Below, in pieces: positions 13,321 to 21,983 of a DNA stretch of 50,843 bases (position 1 is its first letter; every line of letters begins with the position of its first letter). The position numbers and the translations under genes are program-made. Origin of the DNA: an uncultured Burkholderiales bacterium (lineage in GTDB: Bacteria > Pseudomonadota > Gammaproteobacteria > Burkholderiales > REEB80); the NCBI GenBank assembly GCA_964473355.1, contig CAYYOS010000002.1, forward strand, positions 1 through 50,843, in the 5' to 3' direction. A model generated the notes under the pieces. It saw only the letters and a program-made list of their open reading frames with translations, was not told the origin of the DNA and did no database searches.

Positions 13321-14609
13321 TAGGGCTCCAGCGAACAAGTGCGGAATCCGGCAAAAATATCCCTGCGCTCCGGCGTGTAAAAATTTCTCCAAGTGTTACG
13401 AATTAATTTGTAAGCCGTGGCAAAACTGCCGCCACGCAAAACTTTATGGGTGCCAAACCAAGGCGCAGAATATTCTTTATACGGGTCGATAATAAAACCC
13501 GGGTAAGGTTGAAAAGTACTGGCCGTCCACTCCCAAACATTTCCCAGCATTTGCCTACAACCACTGGCGCTATCTCCGAGCGCGTGAGCAAAAACTGGAA
13601 CCGGTTGATTTAACAAACCACCCAGGTTGGCAACGCGCGCGTCAGGTAGAGTTTCTCCCCACGGATAGCGGCGTTTGTTGTTAACGTGCGGATCCAGGGC
13701 GGCAGCTGTCTCCCATTCCGCTTCGGTGGGCAATCGGCGCTTTGCCCAACGGCAATACGCATCAGCTTCAAACCAATTCACGTGTATGACGGGTGCGTGC
13801 AAAGCCAGTGGGGTGATTAGGTCGAACACGCGCTGCTGCCAGTTTGGCCCGTCTTTTAACCAGTACGCAGGCGCGACAGTGTTTTCCTGTAGACGCCACC
13901 TCCATCCCTGCGGAGACCACAAGTCCGCCCTGGTATAGCCATTGTCTTCGACAAAGTTAACAAATTCTTCATTGGTTACGGGCGTGCGCGCAATAGCAAA
14001 AGGCGCCAACTCAATTTCATGCGCCCACTTTTCATTATCGAAAACAAAGTCGTTAGATTTCGTCGCGCCCAATAGAAATCTTTTTCTGGGGAATGTTGCA
14101 TCCCCCGCACAGCTACTTGGCGATGACGCGACGATATTCTGCGCTTTCGGGAATGCGTAACCCAGGGTTTGGCGGGTGTAGGTGAAAGCCTCCGCGTGCA
14201 TATCCTCGTGAAAAATCGCGAGCTGCAAAAAATAATCATCCATCGCCTGATGTTTTTTTGCGCTGACTTTTTCTGCAACCTGATTTAAGTACATTAAGGT
14301 CTGCGCCGGGGTAAGCAGAGGCAGATCCCAACGCGACGCGTGAGGAACCGTTGCCGAATTATATAATTCATCCGCGTTTGGAATAATCGATGGCCGCACT
14401 GCCTGGCCTTGCTGCTGGCGCAAGCACCAAAATTCCTGAAACCAGGCCAGGTGACCCAACTCCCACAACGGGGGGTTCACGATGCTTAGCCTAGGACCCA
14501 ACCATTGCGTAGGGGTTAAATCTGCAGTCAAGCTTAAGGTACGCTGCCGGGTTTGGACTAGATCGGCAAGAAGCGTATCGGCATTAATCGAAGAAATAAT
14601 TGCGTCCAT
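13320..14609 (-). CDS. EgtB/SenA-like sulfoxide (or selenoxide) synthase homologue: DinB_2-type N-domain plus FGE-sulfatase (SUMF1) C-domain
   Basis: The N-domain has WELGHLAWFQEFW and FHEDMHAEAF (His-rich DinB-type metal ligands). The C-domain has GWRWRLQ, VNWFEADAYCRWAKRRLPTEAEWE, GNVWEWT and RGGSFAT, typical of the FGE-sulfatase fold. The start was trimmed to MDAIISS (complement of 14607-14609), because the full ORF would leave only 12 nt to the divergent gene. Confidence 0.8.
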   Translation of the reverse strand: MDAIISSINADTLLADLVQTRQRTLSLTADLTPTQWLGPRLSIVNPPLWELGHLAWFQEFWCLRQQQGQAVRPSIIPNADELYNSATVPHASRWDLPLLTPAQTLMYLNQVAEKVSAKKHQAMDDYFLQLAIFHEDMHAEAFTYTRQTLGYAFPKAQNIVASSPSSCAGDATFPRKRFLLGATKSNDFVFDNEKWAHEIELAPFAIARTPVTNEEFVNFVEDNGYTRADLWSPQGWRWRLQENTVAPAYWLKDGPNWQQRVFDLITPLALHAPVIHVNWFEADAYCRWAKRRLPTEAEWETAAALDPHVNNKRRYPWGETLPDARVANLGGLLNQPVPVFAHALGDSASGCRQMLGNVWEWTASTFQPYPGFIIDPYKEYSAPWFGTHKVLRGGSFATAYKLIRNTWRNFYTPERRDIFAGFRTCSLEP

Positions 14610-14756
14610 AGAGGGTTTTTTGTTTCGGAGGAATATTTTGACACAAAGATTTAGGCGAGTCCTAAGAGATTGCCGGAGGGACGGCCAGTCCATTTTGACT
14701 ATTTTGTTATGGGTATATGATGGTAGGATGTAAGAAGCAAGCAACGGGGCTAGCGC

Positions 14757-17700
14757 TTGGCAGGTACCTACAATCTCTGGTTAGTAACTCTATCGATCAT
14801 CGTCGCGGTTTTCGCGTCGTATGTGGCGCTTGATTTGGCGTCTCGCGTTATCGCTGCAAACAAAAAAGCATTCTTGTGGTTGGCCAGCGCTGCCGTATCC
14901 TTGGGGGTTGGCATCTGGTCCGTGCATTTCATCGGAATGCTGGCTTTTCACCTACCGATTTCAGTGGCCTACGCTCTTGCGCTCACATTATTAGCGTTGT
15001 TAACCGCGATATTGGCAGCAGCCTTAGCTTTCTATCTGGTTAGCGGGCTTACGTCACGCTGGCCGCGATTTGTTTGGGGAGGAATCGTATTGGGCTTAGG
15101 GATAGCCGCCACGCAGTTTATTGGTGTGGTGGCAATGCAAATGCACCCGCCTATAAAGTATGATTTCAGGCTCTTAGGTTTCTCCGTCCTCATTGCGGTA
15201 GTTGCTTCCGTTATCGCGTTGTGGAACGCGTTCCATTTGCGTTCGGAAAACCACTCCCCTAGAGTTTGGAAAAAGACTTGGTATGCAATAGTGTTGGGTG
15301 CGGGCATCGCGGGCACGCATTACACCGGCATGGCCGCGGGAATTTTTTCCAGTCACAGCGTGTCCCTGGCTAGGGGCTTAGCCATACAGGATATTTGGCT
15401 TGCCATCGGCATTGGCGCTTTTACGCTCATATTGCTCACCGCCACCCTGGTTGCCATTTCAGAAAACCGTCTCAAGCGTTATTTGAGCGAACATCTGCGC
15501 CACGCGCAAATGCTACGCGAATCCCACGATGAATTGGAATTTAGAGTGCAGCGCCGCACGCTCGAATTGGCTCGCGCCAACACAGCGCTGCAAGCCGAGG
15601 TGGCGCAACATGAGCGCACGGAAGAAGCCCTGCGAGCCAGCCAGGAAGAAGCGCGGGGGATTATGGATACCGCGCATGACGCCTATATCGCTATAAATGC
15701 GGATAGCGTTATCGTAGAGTGGAACCGCCGGGCCGAACGCATTTTCGGTTTTTCACGCGCAGAAGCCTTGGGGGAAAATCTCGCAGAAACCCTGATCCCC
15801 TTGCCATACAGAGAGGCACACTATCAGAGAATCAAGCATTTTTTAGACACCGGCGAGGGGCCGACGATTAATGATCGTCGAGAACTCCGCGCGCTGCATC
15901 GGGACGGGCATGAGTTTCCCGTGGAAGTCTCCATATGGCCGACTAAAACGGGCGGGGAGTATAAATTTAATGTGTTCTTGCATGACATCAGCGAGCGTCG
16001 CAGAGCGGTGCAGAGGTTAACTGCCTTAACGGAGGCATCGACAACTTTAGTCGAATCAACCACGCTGGAGGAAGCGGCGCCCAATATTCTCCGCGAAATC
16101 GGCTCGGCCCTCGGGTGGGCGGTAGGCGTTTTTTGGACACTTGATCGGTCGGCGAACTTGTTACGCTGCGCCGCATTCTGGCATGATCCGCATTTTTCTA
16201 GCCCCTACTTTGAGGCGCAAAGCCGCGCTTTAAGTTTTACGCCCGGGGTAGGAGGACCGGGGCGAATTTGGGCTAGCGGAAAACCTCTTTGGATTGCTGA
16301 CATCTGCTTGGATCAAAACTTTCGGCGCTCGATATCCGCGGGGGTAGAGGGGTTGCATGGCTACTTCGGCTTTCCGGTGATTTGCGGCGGTAAACTCTAC
16401 GGGGTGATGGAATTTTTCTCCACCACCAGTCAAGAGCCGCATCCCGAGTTGTTAACAATTACGGATACGCTGGGTAATTTGCTTGGGCAATTTTTAGAGC
16501 GGATTCAAACCAAATCGACGTTGGAGCAAGAGCGGGAATTTCTCGCCGCGCTTTTGGAGAATCTTTCCGATGGCATCGTCGCCTGCGACGAACAAGGAAC
16601 ACTATCCCTTTTTAATCGTGCGACCCGTGAGTTTCATGGCTTAGGGGCAGAGCCCTTACCACCTGAGGCCTGGAGTAAACATTATCACCTCTATCTGGCG
16701 GATGGCAAAACGCCTATGCCCACTAATGATATTCCTTTGTTTCGCGCATTTCGCGGCGAAGTCGTGCGGGATGTCGAGATGGTAGTCATTCCAGAAAACG
16801 CGCCCAGTCGAAACTTAGTTTGCAACGGTCAAGCGTTAATCTCTGCGTCCGGTAAAAAACTCGGCGCGGTGGTTGCAATGCATGACATAACCGAGCGTAA
16901 GCAGGCGGAACAAAAACTGGTGCAGCTGGCGCACTTTGATCCGCTAACGACGCTACCCAATCGTTTGTTGTTTTTTGAATCCCTGCAAAAAGCCTTACTC
17001 CATGCCGACAAACACCAGTGTGTCGTATCGGTGATGTTTCTCGATATTGATCGTTTTAAGGAAGTTAATGATACTTTAGGCCACGCTACCGGTGACGAAT
17101 TATTGCGACAAGTCGGCAGTAGGTTGGTCCAGTGTTTGCGCGTGCGCGATACGGTCGGGCGTTTAGGCGGCGATGAATTTGGCATAATTCTGATTACGCC
17201 CAACGGACCGCAAGGTGCGCAAATCGTCGCTGCGAAAATCGGTGCAGCGCTACAACCCCCGTTTGAAATACATGGCCAAGAAGTAACGGTGACAGCATCG
17301 ATTGGAATAGCTATCTATCCCGACGATGGTTTAGATAGTGATGTATTAATGCGCTATGCCGATACGGCTATGTATGAAGCCAAAGCAATGGGCAAAGATA
17401 CATTCCGTTTTTATAAAGCAGAAATGAACGCCCACGCGTTGCAAAAACTAGAGTTGGAAAATGCCTTACGCAAAGCGCTGGCAAACAATGAATTTGTTTT
17501 ACATTACCAACCGAAAATTCAAATAGATTCAGGTGAATGGGCCGGAGTCGAGGCGTTATTACGCTGGCATCGGCCTGGGCATGGTTTAGTTTCGCCCGCG
17601 GCCTTCATTCCTTTGTTGGAAGAAACAGGGCTGATCGTTCCGGTAGGTGCTTGGGTGATTAGCACAGCCTGTAAGCAGATGGCAGATTGGCGGCGGGCCG

Positions 17701-18269
17701 GTGCGGGTTTGATTCGGGTGGCCGTGAATGTATCTGGTAAGCAATTCCTAGAAGATGGGCTGATAACCACGGCAACCAACGCCATGCGGGAACATAGAAT
17801 CGGCGTGGGCTTGTTAGAAATGGAAATAACCGAAAGTTCTTTAATGAAGGATGCGGACAGAACCCATCGGATGTTGAAAGAACTGAACGCGCTGGGCATT
17901 TCAATTGCGATCGACGATTTTGGTACTGGCTATTCTAGCCTTGCGTATCTTAGCCGGTTTTGGATTGACAAGCTTAAAATTGATATCGCCTTCATACGCA
18001 ATGTGACGACCAATTCAGACAACGCCGCCATCACTATCGCAATTATTGGCATGGCACACAATTTAAAGCTCAGCGTGGTTGCTGAAGGCGTGGAAACGCT
18101 GGAGCAGTTGGAATTTCTGCGTGCTCACCATTGCGACGAAATTCAAGGCTACTTGCTCTCTAAACCCTTGCCGCCGACAGAGGTGATGATGCGTATTAGT
18201 GAGCCTTTCGTTTTTCCTTCGATTTATGCGGCCGATTCGAAGCCGTCGTCCGCGTGGAAGAACAACTAA
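14757..18269 (+). CDS. Multidomain c-di-GMP signalling protein: MHYT membrane sensor, coiled coil, PAS, GAF, PAS, GGDEF, EAL
   Basis: 1170 aa with a TTG start. The N-terminus has about 7 TM helices with MHYT-type repeats (VHFIGMLAF, GTHYTGMAA). Two PAS-like segments flank a GAF-like segment (WALDRSANLL...GYFGFPV...GVMEF). There is an intact I-site plus GGDEF (RVRDTVGRLGGDEF; GGDEF at 17166-17180). EAL-domain motifs are present (EALLRW, EITE, DDFGTGYSS, EGVE, QGY). Confidence 0.9.
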   Translation: MAGTYNLWLVTLSIIVAVFASYVALDLASRVIAANKKAFLWLASAAVSLGVGIWSVHFIGMLAFHLPISVAYALALTLLALLTAILAAALAFYLVSGLTSRWPRFVWGGIVLGLGIAATQFIGVVAMQMHPPIKYDFRLLGFSVLIAVVASVIALWNAFHLRSENHSPRVWKKTWYAIVLGAGIAGTHYTGMAAGIFSSHSVSLARGLAIQDIWLAIGIGAFTLILLTATLVAISENRLKRYLSEHLRHAQMLRESHDELEFRVQRRTLELARANTALQAEVAQHERTEEALRASQEEARGIMDTAHDAYIAINADSVIVEWNRRAERIFGFSRAEALGENLAETLIPLPYREAHYQRIKHFLDTGEGPTINDRRELRALHRDGHEFPVEVSIWPTKTGGEYKFNVFLHDISERRRAVQRLTALTEASTTLVESTTLEEAAPNILREIGSALGWAVGVFWTLDRSANLLRCAAFWHDPHFSSPYFEAQSRALSFTPGVGGPGRIWASGKPLWIADICLDQNFRRSISAGVEGLHGYFGFPVICGGKLYGVMEFFSTTSQEPHPELLTITDTLGNLLGQFLERIQTKSTLEQEREFLAALLENLSDGIVACDEQGTLSLFNRATREFHGLGAEPLPPEAWSKHYHLYLADGKTPMPTNDIPLFRAFRGEVVRDVEMVVIPENAPSRNLVCNGQALISASGKKLGAVVAMHDITERKQAEQKLVQLAHFDPLTTLPNRLLFFESLQKALLHADKHQCVVSVMFLDIDRFKEVNDTLGHATGDELLRQVGSRLVQCLRVRDTVGRLGGDEFGIILITPNGPQGAQIVAAKIGAALQPPFEIHGQEVTVTASIGIAIYPDDGLDSDVLMRYADTAMYEAKAMGKDTFRFYKAEMNAHALQKLELENALRKALANNEFVLHYQPKIQIDSGEWAGVEALLRWHRPGHGLVSPAAFIPLLEETGLIVPVGAWVISTACKQMADWRRAGAGLIRVAVNVSGKQFLEDGLITTATNAMREHRIGVGLLEMEITESSLMKDADRTHRMLKELNALGISIAIDDFGTGYSSLAYLSRFWIDKLKIDIAFIRNVTTNSDNAAITIAIIGMAHNLKLSVVAEGVETLEQLEFLRAHHCDEIQGYLLSKPLPPTEVMMRISEPFVFPSIYAADSKPSSAWKNN

Positions 18270-19963
18270 AACTCCATACTGCGGGCGCCGCGGAGTTCTC
18301 ATTAGCCATTGCCGGCGTGGGGAGCCGCAGCTATGCGTTTATTATTGACTGGCATATCCGTTTTATTTTAGCGCTGGCATGGGTGCTGATCGTGGCTTTG
18401 GTCGTCAGCATGATGAGTCCGGAAGCTCGATTTTTTGAAGGCTTTTTTTCCGCGTTGTGGAAACACCCGAAGATAACTTGGATTGGCGCCGCGCTAATTT
18501 ATCTGGCTTATCATCCATTGCTCGAAGTGCTTATGAGCGGGCGCACCCCGGGAAAGCGTATGGCGGGCGTCCGCATCGTTTCTATAACCGGGCAAACACC
18601 CACTGTCGGCGCGTTGCTAATCCGCAACGTATTTAGGCTCATCGATTCACTCCCACTTTTTTACATTCTGGGGTTAGGGGTAGCGCTTTTTAACCAACGA
18701 AACGTAAGGATAGGTGACATCGCCGCGGGCACATTGCTTGTTTTCGAAAATAAAACCGCCCATATCAAATCCCAGCTTACGACGCACGTTGGACAAGCCG
18801 ACCTAGAATTGTTAAATGATATTGTTGAACGTTGGCCAAGCTTAGGGCGTGCCGCTCGACAACGCTTGGCCCTGAAGTATCTAGAGAAAACAGGAGAAGT
18901 TTTAACAACTGCGGAAGAAACCGATGAACGTGTTCTCCACGCTAGACTAAAACATATCCTTACTATCAGTAAAAGTGATCAGCCGGCACCGACTGCGCTG
19001 GTAACCTGGCTAAAATCAAGGCAGGCAATTTGGGAAAATTTAAGAAGCTTGCTGAAGCTAGAGCATGCTACTGGGGCGCTCAAAGTGGAGGAAGCAAAGG
19101 GGCTCATCCGGGGGTTTCGTGGTCTGCTCCGCGACGTATCGCTAGCGCGCAGCACCATACCCTCGAGTCGACTAACCGGCCAGTTGGAAGCTTTGTTAGT
19201 GGAGACGCACGATACCATTTACCGAGCGCCCAGCAATCTTCGTCAAGACTTAATGCAACTGATGCGTAAAGAAGTGCCGGAAGTGGTAGCGAGTTTACGC
19301 GGTGCGATTGTGGCCACAAGCGGGCTATTTTTAGGTAGTGCCATCGCGGGATGGCTATTAGTTTATACCTACCCAGAGTTAGCTAGTTTATTCGCCTCCG
19401 AGGAAATGATTAATACCGTGCAACGGGGCGAACTTTGGACGGATGGCCTGCTAAATATTATGCCGTCCGCATGGCTATCACTTTCCATTATGACCAATAA
19501 TATTTTGGTCACACTGTTTGCCTTTGTGTTGGGTGCGCTGTATGGATTAGGAACAATATATATCGTGACCCTAAACGGTTTGATGCTAGGCGCTGCCTTT
19601 GCTTTTACCGCCCAGTATGATCTGGACGGCAAACTACTCAAGTTTATTGTCGCTCATGGCGTAGTAGAACTGAGCATAGTTTGCCTTGCCGCCGCGGCCG
19701 ATATTCAATTAGGGGAGGCGTTAGCTCGCCCCGGTAAATGCACTACTCGCGCCGAGGCATTCCGTGCCGCAGTGGCGCGTGCCGGAAAATTACTTCCTGT
19801 GTGCGCGCTATTTTTGGTGGGCGCAGGTTTAATAGAAGGCTATATTTCTCCCAATGACAATTATGACTTAAAGGTTCGCATAGCCATAGGCATAGGCTAC
19901 GGCATATTGATGTGGTTAGTTTTGAGTGGCAGAATTTGGCGGGGCAAGATAAGCGTAGTTTAG
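18254..19963 (+). CDS. Membrane protein fusing an N-terminal RDD domain to a C-terminal SpoIIM-like (stage II sporulation protein M family) domain
   Basis: 569 aa. The N-terminal part (GSRSYAFIIDWHIRFILA...RTPGKRMAGVRIV...IGDIAAGTLLV) fits the RDD pattern. The C-terminal part (NNILVTLFAFVLGALYGLGTIYIVTLNGLMLGA...AHGVVELSIVCLAAAA) fits the SpoIIM pattern. The GTG start overlaps the preceding gene by 16 nt; an alternative GTG lies about 57 nt downstream. Confidence 0.7.
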   Translation: MEEQLKLHTAGAAEFSLAIAGVGSRSYAFIIDWHIRFILALAWVLIVALVVSMMSPEARFFEGFFSALWKHPKITWIGAALIYLAYHPLLEVLMSGRTPGKRMAGVRIVSITGQTPTVGALLIRNVFRLIDSLPLFYILGLGVALFNQRNVRIGDIAAGTLLVFENKTAHIKSQLTTHVGQADLELLNDIVERWPSLGRAARQRLALKYLEKTGEVLTTAEETDERVLHARLKHILTISKSDQPAPTALVTWLKSRQAIWENLRSLLKLEHATGALKVEEAKGLIRGFRGLLRDVSLARSTIPSSRLTGQLEALLVETHDTIYRAPSNLRQDLMQLMRKEVPEVVASLRGAIVATSGLFLGSAIAGWLLVYTYPELASLFASEEMINTVQRGELWTDGLLNIMPSAWLSLSIMTNNILVTLFAFVLGALYGLGTIYIVTLNGLMLGAAFAFTAQYDLDGKLLKFIVAHGVVELSIVCLAAAADIQLGEALARPGKCTTRAEAFRAAVARAGKLLPVCALFLVGAGLIEGYISPNDNYDLKVRIAIGIGYGILMWLVLSGRIWRGKISVV

Positions 19964-20055
19964 TTTTGTGCAGGGCTCCTGCATTGGCCCTCCAATAATC
20001 CATCGTTTTTCAGTGCGCTACTGTCCTGAAATAATCTCGTTTACAACACTCCTTA

Positions 20056-20139
20056 GTCTTAGGCAATGCTCCCTAAGACGTTCCGTCGCTTTATGTGCCC
20101 TGTATGTTCACTCTTGTCATTCCCGCGAGAAGCGGGAAT
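20056..20139. repeat. Two stem-loop modules in the gap downstream of the RDD-SpoIIM gene
   Basis: gtcttagg-N8-cctaagac (20056-20079) and attcccgc-gagaa-gcgggaat (20119-20139). The second belongs to the widespread 'gtcattcccgcg...gcgggaatccag' type of proteobacterial intergenic hairpin. A related tcccg-tctgg-cggga-tccag module occurs inside the 7525-7770 element (about 7683-7702). Confidence 0.55.
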
Positions 20140-20159
20140 CCAGGTTTTGAATATTAACT

Positions 20160-20530
20160 TGCCGGGGGTAGCCCGGCAGCTAGTGCGCCCTGGCGCGTCG
20201 CACGAGGGACCCGCGTTAGCGGGACCCTAGCAGCGGCAGGGATGCCAGGCGACTGCGCTCTCATTCCGCCCCCGCATCCCGCTTTCACGTCGCACCTTCC
20301 TTAACGGAAGGCACTGCTCCTACTCAAGCGGTCGCCCTTCTTTTGTTTGGCCAAAAAGAAAGTAATCAAAGAAAAGGCCACCCTCCCCATCACGCTATGT
20401 TCTGTTCCCGCTCACCAAGCCCAAGCGGCTCTCGCAACTCAACCTCGGCGCTAAAGCGCCTTAAGGATTCGAGCAGTGCTCGCCGACATCCCTGGCTTGG
20501 TTCGCTGCTCGGCGGTGAAGAAAGGGACCC
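20160..20530. repeat. Copy A of a ~375-bp GC-rich hairpin-mosaic repeat (inverted relative to copy B)
   Basis: The reverse complement aligns end to end with 41750-42124. Long perfect blocks include ggggagggtggccttttctttgattactttctttttggcc and ggtgcgacgtgaaagcgggatgcggggg. It lies in the convergent gap between the RDD-SpoIIM and DUF58 genes. ORFs on it are not conserved between copies. Confidence 0.85.
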
Positions 20531-20687
20531 TTAAAAAACAAAAGGCAAAATCAAAACCCACGCCCACTGAACCATAAGTCTGCTTGTTACATACGTCTTA
20601 TTTATCCTAAAGGGCGCTACTCCCTGCCCCTGACTCCAAAGCCATAAAAGCCTCTCTTGCGGGATCGATGGCAAGACTTTAGCGCGC

Positions 20688-21983
20688 TTATATCTGCCGC
20701 CTTTGACGTAGTTTTTCGTAATACGCGAGCACCGCGCTGTCGAGAGCGTCGGGTCGTTCAAATACCACCGCGGCGCCTAATCGTACTAATTGCATCATGA
20801 CGCCGTGGGCTTCTTGCATGAGGATCTCGGCGGCCAATGTTTCATAGGGATCTAGCCAACGCTCGGCGGGTTTTTCGCGCATGGCTTCCACTTCCTCATC
20901 TATGAGTGCTGCAATTAAGGGCAAATGCTGAGGGGCGATAAGCTTTGTGGCTTTGGTGAGTTGATCGGCGCGCTCGCCTTCATCTAAATCTGTAAAGAGA
21001 GGGACTAACGTGCGGTGTTTGACTAGGCGGCGGATTTCCAGCATGGCAGCGAGCGGGTTAGACTCTTGGCTTGTCACGCGTATGCGCTCCAGTGCCCCGC
21101 GTATTTGCATGAGACCCGCGATACCTTTTACCGGCGTTATAATTTCCTGCGGCTTATCCGCAAACACAACAATGCCCACGCGATCACCATTGTGAATGGC
21201 TTTTTCCGCCAGCCGCGCGGCGATATTAATATAATGCTGGACGCGGGTTAGCGGACCCGCTTCCAGGTTTGAACTTCTCCCGGCATCGATGGCCAGTATC
21301 AACTCGAGTTGTTGGTCTTCGCTAAAAACTCGCACCGTGTGCCGTCCGCTTCGTGCGCTCGCCTTCCAGTCGATCGCGCGTAGGGGGTCGCCCGCGCGGT
21401 AGTCGCGCAAACTAATAAGCTCTAGCCCCGCTCCTCTGGGTCGCATGGCGATCTGCCCCCCTACTATGACTCCGCTGGCTCGCTCCTGCGAAGATAGCTG
21501 GGAGGGTGTCACGCGTCCGCCCCCTGGTAGCGTAACTTTGCGTGGCCACCACGCCAATCCAAAGTATCCCAGCACCCGCGTATAAATTGGTGGCCAAGCG
21601 AAGTTTCCCAATGCTTTGGGGGATGCGGTAAATTTCTGGTGATATTTTTCTCCAGCGGCAATCACGGAACGTATGGGATGATCGAGGCCAACCATCCCTT
21701 TGGGGCAGCCAGGCTGGGCCTCGATGATTAAAACGCGTTCTTCCATATTGCTGATACTAAGATCCATGCTGAAGGATTGCCCCAGCGCGACCTGGGCTTC
21801 GTGCGAGCGCCGCATGGCAAATTTATGGCGCCTTGCCAATCCACCCTCGGCAATGAAAGCGAGGAGCAATAGCACCGTAGGAAAGCGCCATGCGCCGCTA
21901 AGTTCGCCCCCATACCAAAGACCGGCAATGCCCAGCAAGGCGATGGCGCCTGCCAATAAAAAAGCTAAACCTGTAAGATTCAT
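20688..21983 (-). CDS. DUF58-family protein (vWA-like partner of MoxR ATPases), two N-terminal TM helices
   Basis: 431 aa. The core RDYRAGDPLRAIDWKASARSGRHTVRVFSEDQQLELILAIDAGRSS is the DUF58 signature. It is preceded by two hydrophobic helices. Its start overlaps the MoxR stop by 4 nt. Confidence 0.85.
   Translation of the reverse strand: MNLTGLAFLLAGAIALLGIAGLWYGGELSGAWRFPTVLLLLAFIAEGGLARRHKFAMRRSHEAQVALGQSFSMDLSISNMEERVLIIEAQPGCPKGMVGLDHPIRSVIAAGEKYHQKFTASPKALGNFAWPPIYTRVLGYFGLAWWPRKVTLPGGGRVTPSQLSSQERASGVIVGGQIAMRPRGAGLELISLRDYRAGDPLRAIDWKASARSGRHTVRVFSEDQQLELILAIDAGRSSNLEAGPLTRVQHYINIAARLAEKAIHNGDRVGIVVFADKPQEIITPVKGIAGLMQIRGALERIRVTSQESNPLAAMLEIRRLVKHRTLVPLFTDLDEGERADQLTKATKLIAPQHLPLIAALIDEEVEAMREKPAERWLDPYETLAAEILMQEAHGVMMQLVRLGAAVVFERPDALDSAVLAYYEKLRQRRQI

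Noticed and set aside
20343-20534. 63-aa ORF (MFGQKESNQRKGHPPHH...) on repeat copy A. Also the ORFs at 41728-41988, 41935-42135 and 19968-20150 on or beside the repeats.
   Set aside because: They lie entirely on the non-coding repeat. The two copies do not preserve any of these reading frames, and the composition is low-complexity Arg/Gly/Pro/Ser. This class of sequence is a known source of spurious 'hypothetical proteins'.
20531-20761. 76-aa minus-strand ORF overlapping the DUF58 3' end and the gap next to repeat copy A.
   Set aside because: It overlaps the DUF58 coding end in another frame and has no RBS or motif. It is probably spurious, although the 157-bp stretch at 20531-20687 remains unexplained.
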